This document shows, piece after piece, positions 55,024 through 64,000 of a stretch of 64,000 nucleotides of DNA. The notes under the pieces are model-generated. The model was not told where the DNA came from. It ran no database searches and was given only the letters and a program-made list of their open reading frames with translations. Each line of letters starts with the position of its first letter. The first letter of the stretch is position 1. Both the position numbers and the translations under genes were made by a program. The stretch comes from Amoeboaphelidium protococcarum X5 (taxonomy: Eukaryota > Fungi > Aphelidiomycota), in NCBI GenBank assembly GCA_023515725.1, contig JALDTO010000215.1, forward strand, positions 583,053-647,052. Direction: 5' to 3'.

Positions 55024-55315
55024 TATCAGTATATAAAGTACTAAGAAAATATAATCCGGCGAAAGATAAACTAGATAGCACAATTCTTTATAAAGTTGAC
55101 AGCGGGTATATTATTGAAATAGAAGTGACAGTGCATCAGAGAGCAATCGCCCAAGGAAAGATTTAACGCTCAAAGTTAGCGACGCGCTTTAGGTTGGACG
55201 AGAGACGAGTGAGCAGTGAAGAGGCCACTGATAAACCTCATTACTTACGAACTCTGCTGATGCAATAAAAATTGTAAAAAGTGGAACACAGTACAGTATA
55301 TATGAAAGAGTAAAA

Positions 55316-55531
55316 ATGTCGGCAAGAGCAAAAATAACTTTCGCGTTCACTTGTGTTTTGACTGCTGCAACTATATTCTATGTGCATTATCAGTAGACTG
55401 AAGAGCGGTTGCAGATGAGCGCCAACGTGATGGCAGAAGTGGAGCAAGAGAAGCAGCAGAGATTGGAGGCGAATAGAAAAGAATTAGAACGTCAACATGC
55501 TCTAACGCGTTCGCTTCAGAAATAACAATGA
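55316..55531 (+). CDS. PET117: Cytochrome c oxidase assembly factor Pet117
   Basis: MSARAKITFAFTCVLTAATIFYVHYQQTEERLQMSANV...; 71 aa. Confidence 0.75.
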
Positions 55532-55644
55532 TGTAATAAAAAAAGTGTTATAATTGAAGTGATGATAAACTGTGTAATTGAATACAATAAATAACAATAT
55601 AAAATAAGATTGTATAATGACAGTGTGAGCATTCAAGTATTGGG

Positions 55645-57198
55645 TCAGAAATCACGAGTCTCGTACCGCAGTTTGGAGAGATAACTTCCGTACACTATTC
55701 GCCCATTGTATTTTCTACCAGCAATACTGCCCAGTGCCCGTTCAGCTGACTTTATATCCTTAAACTCGATAAACACTCTGCCCAGACCAGGGACATAATT
55801 ATCTTGCGGATCCATCTTTGGTGCATGCATCGATACGATTTTGGCACATTTTGCTAACTCAGCATTAATCTCTAACAGAGTTCGATTGTATACGCGTTCG
55901 TCTTTGAGCTCATCATTGGTCAGCACGTTGTACAGACATATGGCAGGCGTTGATGGATAGTGCTTGATTTGTTGCAATTGTTCAATCAGACTTTCTTTAT
56001 TCTTCTACAGCAGAGTAGTCTGCTTCTTGTTAACTCGCTCGGCAACAACATAAAGACCACACAACTTAATTCCAGTCAGTCCTTTGCACGCATAATCAGT
56101 CACAGTTGAATCTTGATACTCACAGAATGCGTAACCGCCGCCGTGTATAAGATCCAAATGCTTCAATTCACCAAATGATTCAAGAAACTATCTGACATGT
56201 TCCTACTGCAAGAATGTGGGAATGTTAGATATCTTGATCTTATACTTGGATTCAACCTTTACCTTATTGGAGTATGTAGCTGATGTGGCAATGTTATCGC
56301 GCCGAATATCCAGCTTTTATCCATTAAACTGTACCATCTTTTTAGTCTACTATTAGAACATTTCAGCATTAAATTACTCTGCATCTTACTCTTTTTTAAA
56401 TAACACATACACATAGTTCTAATCAAGATTGAAGTCAATCTACTCCACTGCAGTTTCGTTTAATCCACATCTTTTGAGGAGATCACCTTTCAAGAATTTA
56501 GTAAATGTGGCAATATCAATGTCCGACAATAGTCCACCTATGTACACCAATCGCTTCTTACTAAGTTCTGGATCATTATCGACTGTGAGATCAACACCCG
56601 CAAACTATTGAGCATCATTGGGAATAGCTGAAAATGGAATACCAAGCCCGCCTTTAGGAAATAGACCGGTTGTCTTTGCCTGACCAGCAGTAAGATGTTC
56701 ATACCCTGCTGGCTTCTGATCCCAAAACTTTAGCGGACGTGGCCATTCACTTAGAGGTAGAACGGACGGGTCACTCGTAAAAGACTCTTCCATCTAAGGA
56801 CGTCCTTACCTCGAGCCAGAGTGTGCGCGACTTACACCACCACTGGAGTATCTTTACGAAGCCATTGGTCCACCACCGCTCGGATAAGGGTGTTGTTGTT
56901 GAGTCTCATCATATCGCCGCGGGTCATCATAATGGCCGCCATAACGCGCCTGCTCATAGCCGGGGTAGTGTTAGACACCAGTATGGGCACGATGATAAGG
57001 ATGATGCCTCTAAAATCTGTCATTATTATACATGCCATCAGATCTTCCATATCCAGGAGCTTCGTGTCGAGCATACTACTACTATTACTACGGCCTTTAA
57101 TGGTAATCGCCAGTATTCTGCTATTAATACTCGCGCGTGCTCTAAAATTATCTATGCTGTCCAGAATACTATGAATTCTAATACTGCTCCCTGGACAT
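55645..57198 (-). CDS. U2AF2: U2AF large subunit (U2AF65/Mud2 family), divergent
   Basis: ULM region KFWDQKPAGYEHLTAGQAKTTGLFP, two RRMs (ISNIPTFL...SFGELKHL...GYAFCEYQD) and a C-terminal UHM (GLGRVFIEF...IAGRKYNGRIVYGSY). Confidence 0.85.
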
Positions 57199-57384
57199 TT
57201 CACTTTCTCAAATCAGTCTATAAATCGAACGCTTTTCTGTTTAAATTTGATGATCTGAAAGGAGAAGAAGAGAGAACAACGCTCGCTCCATGAAGATTCT
57301 TCTTCCAATGGAGACATTTAAAACTATTAAGCGGTGAATATTGTTCAGAGATCGAACTTCATTATATCAATATAAATAGTTAAA

Positions 57385-58038
57385 ATGCAGCGAATATTTG
57401 GAAAGTAGTTATCGCCGGAGGACATGGTGAAGAAGTGGAGATAGAATATTAAGTCGCAAGAGCGGTAGATGGATCGACAGTTGAGGTCCATCGAGGCAGA
57501 GGAGGTTAAAGTGAAGCGGTCATTGAAGGAGATGGCCAAGAAGAATGCTGATAGGAGGAGTATGAAGTCACTCGCCATGGAATTGTATCGAAGTAATAAG
57601 TAGAAGGAGCGAATACACACAAGCAAAGCATAGTTGAACTCTGTTCAAATGCAGTTGTAATTGCAATTGAGTTAGCTCAAGGTTGTCGGTTCGCTCAAGA
57701 AATCCACAGATATCATGAAGATTATGGGTAGTCTGAGCAAGATGAAGGATATGAATTTGGTGATGGGAGAGATGAGTCGAGAGATGATGAAGGCTGGTCT
57801 GATTGAAGAGATGATCGGCGACACTCTAGATAATGCATTGGATGATGATGAGATTGAAGGCGAGGCTGATGAAGAAGTGGACAAGATTCTCATGGAGGTG
57901 ACTAGCGGCGTTCTCGGTGTAGGTGGGCAAGTATCTGACAAGTTGCCTGTCGCTGGAGAAGAAGTTGCAGTGGACGGTTCAACTCTCCTCGAGGATGATG
58001 GCGAAATGGAGGCGCGCCTTGAAGCTTTAAAATCCTGA
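57385..58038 (+). CDS. VPS24: ESCRT-III subunit Vps24/CHMP3
   Basis: SKAQLNSVQMQL, GSLKKSTDIMK, EMSREMMKAGLIEEMIGD, MEARLEALKS. Confidence 0.93.
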
Positions 58039-58121
58039 TTAGGCATTTATTGAGATTAAAAAGTTAATAAAATTTGTATAAAATGTTGTACAGTCTCGTA
58101 TTTGATAAATAGTTTACTTAT

Positions 58122-59348
58122 ATGGTCTTTGCATAATTGAAGAGTTTGAATATCAAGTATTCGAGACCGCGATAAAATATCGCTGTTAATTATACTGATT
58201 GTTGTGATATGCATCAAGTCACGCTGAATGTGGATGCCATTGGATTATCAACTCTAAAATAACGCGCCTAACAATAATGGGATTTCAATTATAAAATTGA
58301 ACAGACTGAATAGACTGTCGAATAACAGTCTAGCAATTCTTAATTGCATCAAGTATTACCAAAGAGGTATGAAATTTTTGATAATCTGGTAGTATTTCCA
58401 CAATAATGGCCTGGCGAGAAAACGTTCTCAACTATGCTCTCGGATGAGCCTGATAAACTATAACGGCATTTATTGTAAACTTTTAAAGTGAGTAATTTAG
58501 CTATTAAAGGTGAAATATATACAGATGATATAAGAAGTCCAAGACTGTAATGGGTCATGAGAGATGGTGTGCTGAGATAAGACTATAATAACAGTGTACG
58601 CGATTTTGAAGAATTTTGGACAAGTGTCACTCAGAATGGAATCTAATACAATTGGAATCCGCAGCGAACAATGTTCTGCCGTGGTAATATCACTGAAAAG
58701 TTGCGTATTGCGTAGATGGATAGTGTGTTTACGCCCGTCAATGACCGCGGTAAAGGTGATGTTATCTTGGATCTATACGCTGGAATTGGATATTTCACAT
58801 TGCCATATCTGGTGCATCGGAAATCCAGGTTTGTATACGCGTGTGAAATGAACAAGTATAGTATCCTGGGATTGTAGAAAAGTTTAATCCACCACAAGAT
58901 TCCCTTTAGTAATTGGAATCCATCTGATGATGATGATGATGATGATGAGAATAAAGATTCAAGAATTCTGATACTTTATGGCGACAACCGCGAATATTTG
59001 CATATATATCGCAATAAAGTTGATCGTGTCAATCTTGGACTTCTCCCTTCATCAGAGACTGGCTGGCCATTGGCTATTTAGGCTCTTAAACTGAGAGATT
59101 CTTCTGCAGTTGACAAAGATTGTCCCTCTATCAGATGGCTGCATATACATGAAAATGTATCTGATACTGAGATTGATAAGTGGAAGCTATATGTGGTGTC
59201 TCGAATTCGTAAATTGCTGACTGAGCGCCTCCAGTCTGAAAGAATTGACGACTCGCGTCTGATTGTGGAACTGTCTCACCTTGAACGCGTCAAGAGTTAC
59301 AGTCCGCGTGTTCATCACTATGTAGCTGATATAAGAATTAGTATGTGA
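58122..59348 (+). CDS. TYW2: tRNA wybutosine-synthesizing protein 2 (Trm12)
   Basis: LPKRYE, WNPQRTMFCRGNITEKLR, LDLYAGIGYFTLPYL, DRVNLGLLPSS, LHIHENV, VKSYSPRVHHYVAD. Confidence 0.88.
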
Positions 59349-59496
59349 TTATGATGAGGGAAATTAAGGGTTAATTAGTTGAAGTGATTTTTTCTTGCTC
59401 ACGTCGTATCAAAGTTAGTTTAGAAGGTTTACAGTACTCGGCTGATGAATTTCGATATTGACAGCATTCATCTTGTCTTCACAATAGGGAAAAATA

Positions 59497-60354
59497 ATGA
59501 GTTCTGAAACAACGTCCAACTTTGCGGATTATTTTAGTGCCCATTCTTAGGGATATGCAGTGCATCGTCCAAGGTATCCTAAAGGTATGTACGAAACTAG
59601 TGAACTTTACAATTTTAACATCCTCATTGTTGTTAATGTAGAGCTGTATGAGTTTATTGTCAAGTTTTGCGATTGCCGCTAGAGTGTCTTGGATGTTGCC
59701 TGTGGAAGTGGACAGGCATCAGTTGATTTGGCACAGTACTTTGACCAGGTGTATGCGACTGATGCATCCACGTAGTAAATTCAGAATGCTATTAAGCATC
59801 CGAAAGTCAAGTATTTGGTTGAAAAGGCTGAATATATCTCGTAAGATAGTAGTTATAGTCAAGTTGACATGATCACCGTGGCTAGTGGTTTGCATTGGCT
59901 AGATTTTGAGCAATTCTATGCTAAATGTCTAAAGTTGAGACGATCTCGTGACAGCATCATTGCCGCATGGACTCACACAATTTTGAAATGTCAACAGAAT
60001 GCTGAAGTTGATGCTCTAATTAAAGAATTAAGTAGCTTCTTACAACCATACTGGCCAGAGCAGTGGAAGTATATCCATGCGGAGTATCGCACAATTCCGT
60101 GGCCATTTAAAAAAGTATATATCGACTAGCCTGATGTTATAAATGACTTTGTTGATGAAGTTGAGTACAGCTGCGATGATCTGTGCAATTATCTGTCAAC
60201 ATGGTCCGCTGTTAACAATTACATCGCAGATAAGAAGGAGAATCCAGTGCTAAAGTTCAAAGTTCGATTACAACAGGCATTTCAGTCAGAGAGCAAGATC
60301 AAGTTTCAATTTCAAATCCATTTACGTTTAGGAAAGCTGGACTTGGAAAAGTGA
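59497..60354 (+). CDS. Class I SAM-dependent methyltransferase; intron 59585-59641
   Basis: FADYFS...YAVHRPRYP, LDVACGSGQAS, DMITVASGLHWLD, YLSTWSAV. Confidence 0.88.
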
Positions 60355-60434
60355 ATGACTATTTAGAAGGCAATTTATTAAAGATCTTTACAATCATTTT
60401 TGCACTGTAATCCTTCTGAATTATACAACGATCG

Positions 60435-63413
60435 TCACTATGTTTAGCTATCGATACTTTAAAGTGATAGTTTGGCTAAAGACTCTGAAAAAGTCGAGCT
60501 CTACTACTTTGGAGTGAACAGTAGGTTGAGTTTTTATAAAACTTTACTCCAATTACCAGTATCCTCTTGACCAAAATGAAGGCCTTCCAGTCCAGCATCA
60601 CGAACTTTTCCAATAATTGTCGCGGTGTCATCAATCAACATTTATATGCCGTGTTACTGCATCAATTGCACTTTATCTGATCTTGATCTACAGAATAACC
60701 ATCGCTCCTGTGGCACAATTTAATCCACTTTGTTGCCCAATAGAAAATCTATGGTTTTTTTCTCTGTAGCTTCACCGCAGTATGAGAGCAGATACAACTT
60801 ATAACCAGCTTCAGCCATAGCGGTCAATGCCTCAACGGAATTCTTGACTAACGAAGTCTCGCGGCTAATATCGTGATCACTGTTCTGCGTCCGCCGATTA
60901 CTCTCCACAATCACACCACCGATATCACTGGCAATAACTACTTCTTTCCATTACAATTATTGAGCATCTTGCTTAAAGGAGCGTAATTAAGGCAAAGAAT
61001 CACTCTAGCTGCTTCCTTTAGCTCCATTTGATTTTTTTGATTTAGATTAAGAGACACCTTCACCTCGCAACCTACCACCAACCATAATAATTTCATCTTT
61101 GATTATATGAAATTTAGCACTTTTATCTGTCAATAATTCATTAGAATAAAAAGGCTTGACTTTAGCAGCGAGAGCAAGAGTTATATGAGCGTGAGCTTAG
61201 GTGCAGAGTTTAGCCAGTCTATCGTCCGAAATCTCTACAGATGCCGCCATAGCTTTATCATCCGCATGCAGAGACACTATTTTAACCTTTACCAGGCCAA
61301 TGTTTTCTTCATGTACCATTTTAAATAGTGCACAATACAAATCAGGATCAATCTAATCACCAAAGTATGCAACAGTAACATGATGAGACTAAAGCTTAGT
61401 TTTACCTTCAAGCCAATGAGCACAAAACTAATTAATCTACTAACCACTCTCACTAAGCAGATCATTGATGTCATGTTCAAAAAATATACCAAAGAAAATA
61501 TACCGCTGGCCATTAAGCTGTGAGAGGCACTTTTCGTAGTAATGAGACACTTCAATAGACTGCTAAATCAGCTTAATATTAGAGGAGGGTATAGAGATAT
61601 CTTTAAGAATCTAAGCTGCAATATCATCAGTATTCAGAGTCATATCAATATCTTTCAATGTAACAGCGAATCGTAGTAACTTCTGAGAACTAATACTCAT
61701 TTTTGCCATAATATTCAGAATCTTCACAATATCATCATCTTAACCGATAGACCGATGACCATCTTGTCGATGAGAAAATCTACTTTAGCATAGCTTGATA
61801 GCATTCTATCCAGCACCGTCCTCATCCGGCTGATCTTAAGGGTGAACAAAGGTGAACAAGTAATCAATGCGACCACAAATGTCAACAATATCCAAAAGAT
61901 GCTCGGTGGCTCTGTTAGTTTTATCCAATATGATATACTTGACGGAAGACTGTTAATATGCATGCTTTACCGCATTCAAGTATCTCTTCTTGTTACCCAA
62001 TTCGTCTTAGTTAATCCAAACAACACTATTACCAAGCCTTTTCAAAATGACGAATAAAGCTCTAGCCACCGTAGATTTACCACTCAAAGGCAATCCTCTA
62101 AGCGCAATAACCACAGGCTTATTATGATCACTACCTTGCTATCGCTCATTTAAATTCTTTTATGACGATTGGAGTTATTGTTATACAATTTTCTAGTCTA
62201 ATTCCATAAACTCATTCAGAAGTTCAAGCCATTTGGGCTGTATAATATCCCGGTTATGTTCATCAATTTACTTGCTTTATATCAACCACTAACTAAACTT
62301 TATCATTGACTCCAATCGCTGACTCATCCAAAGATCTATGGCCTCCTATCCACACTCCGGTTCCAACTTGGCAGCAGTAGATAGAACAGCCTGACGAACT
62401 TTCGCTTCATCCAACTGCCTGAAAGTCGCCTGCCGTATACATCTCTCAAGAGCATAACTGACACTCTTAACTTTGCACATATACACAACTTATTCCTAAA
62501 ACTCCTAATTGGAGCTATTCAACTACGAACCTGTGTGTCTGGTCCAATTCAAGACGCAACCTTCACAGTTCTGTAATGAGGCAATATCAACCATGAGCTA
62601 CTTGACTTGATCAGGATCTTTGCATGATATAACGCGATAAGACTGAGCAACTTTCAATCCAAATTTTTCGCTAAATAGTTTACTAAATTACGGTGGACTG
62701 AGAGCAGTGATACCGAATTGATTCAAGTCCACCGATGCACTTTAGGTTACCGCAAAGAATCGAATATGGTCCTCAACTTCACCATAATCCACCAGGTGGC
62801 GCGAGTCTCTGAACAAAGCTTCCCCGCAAGCAGTATACTTATTTTCGGCCAACCATTACTAAAAGTCGGTAGGTGCATTATCACAGACCCAACGAGCTAT
62901 CGGCAACGCGAAAGAATATCTCTAATCGTGATACTGCTCATGGGAGAGATCATTCGCGGTTCTGAATATAATATGCACATTCTTGGAGCCAGCCACCCAA
63001 TACAATATACCATCATGTTCAAAGGCAGATACCTGAGCATTTTCTCCATTCTCTTTTATCATGGCGCAGATTGAATCAGCCGCTCGGTAATCCCCATATG
63101 GAGCCGAGTCACGATCATTATAATAGCCAAACTTGCGCAGACCTTGCACAGTACCAACTTACCGCCCAGTAAAAGTATCGTAAACTTGAGAACATCCACG
63201 CGGTAATAATTCCCAGAGTTGTCTACTCTTTGCATACAGCGAATCATCAGGTCCTCCAATACGAGTGGTAATCACAGAAAACGAGCTCGAGGTGGACCGG
63301 ATATAGAATGTCCTGTGCATTGACTTTACTCGACTCGATATTCCACTAAATAATCCCTATACATTATCAAGTTCCTTCTCAATCCACTCCTGTTGCTATT
63401 TTTCCACATTCAT
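60435..63413 (-). CDS. Multidomain RNA repair enzyme: ATP-dependent RNA ligase (Trl1/Rnl1-like) + P-loop kinase + 2H phosphoesterase + HAD-like domain
   Basis: 992-aa intronless ORF. Ligase: LPRG, GLRKF, KENGE (motif I), GSKNVH, EGCVL, CKVK. Kinase: GLPLSGKST, INQD, ILDKTN. 2H: HHVT and AHIT. HAD-like: SDIGGVI, LLSYC, LIDD. Confidence 0.8.
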
Positions 63414-63595
63414 ATTATTCTGACTTTGCACTTCGATTAAGCTTGTAACTTGTTGAGAATAAAAAGAGAGTTAAAGGAGAAAAGAGGATGATAAAACTCC
63501 AATGATAAAAGAACGATTAAGTATAACGAACGGGGAATTGTTAAAATCAATCAGTAAAATCTCTTTATATTTAGAAAAGCACAGTAACACTCAAA

Positions 63596-64000
63596 TCATA
63601 GAGTACATTGTCCCTCTTCATCAAGAAGCCAGAGACCGATTAACTTTAGTTGTTCCTTTTTATTGTACGTATAGGGAAAGTTAGCATGGAAGGATACCAA
63701 CGTGTCGGATGCTTCGAGTTGCTGTTCAGCAGTTTAATAATTTGGAGGTACAATACCTTGCTACTGTTAAAGCAGCTGTTAATACCAGATGGCAGCTTTC
63801 TTGTTTTCATCCAACAGATGCTTTTAATAGAGAATGCCATTCATATACTATACCTGATCCAAGATACGCACTTTAAGCACATCATTCGGTAGGGAATCGA
63901 CAGAACCATCCACCAGCATATCCTTGATCACCTGGGGAAACTAATTATAATCCACTAATGATTAATTCTAATTTCCAATATCAAAAATTAAACAATCACG
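63596..64000 (-). CDS. C-terminus of a probable nucleotide-diphospho-sugar glycosyltransferase (5' end outside window)
   Basis: Open code-6 frame from the window end: ILDQVQYMNG..Y...FHANF...KKEQLKLIGLWLLD; TGA at 63598-63596. Confidence 0.5.

Noticed and set aside
58927-58947. (GAT)n repeat
   Set aside because: Ordinary poly-Asp tract within TYW2.

Overview
Gene-dense, AT-rich eukaryotic nuclear DNA read with a variant genetic code: TAA and TAG = Gln, TGA is the stop. The supplied standard-code ORF track therefore fragments every gene. Fungal-like gene content, short introns (about 55-75 nt) and this code suggest an aphelid such as Amoeboaphelidium protococcarum (inference). Re-translating by eye gives about 33 protein-coding genes: septin, DAP3, ACAD8, SelK-like, OFD1-like, GPI, TAF1, UNC-45/She4, Cym1, LENG1, Sds3-like, LIM-RhoGAP, mL54, INTS4, STT3, tafazzin, PP2C, RanGAP, NDUFAF7, LIG4, TMEM164, Ste50-like, ATP4, PET117, U2AF large subunit, VPS24, TYW2, a methyltransferase and others. 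Accessory patches hold two degenerate Fanzor1-like (eukaryotic TnpB-derived RNA-guided nuclease) genes, Ty3/gypsy fragments, a MULE transposase relic, a Crinkler-type REase-kinase gene, a secreted DUF5995-like protein and a secreted-protein pseudogene. Most notable: (1) the two Fanzor fossils; (2) a near-invariant TGTAG 3' splice site together with a divergent U2AF65; (3) a four-domain RNA ligase-kinase-2H phosphoesterase-HAD protein; (4) a tafazzin gene that seems to end on TAA despite the TAA=Gln code. All family calls come from motif recognition, not database searches.
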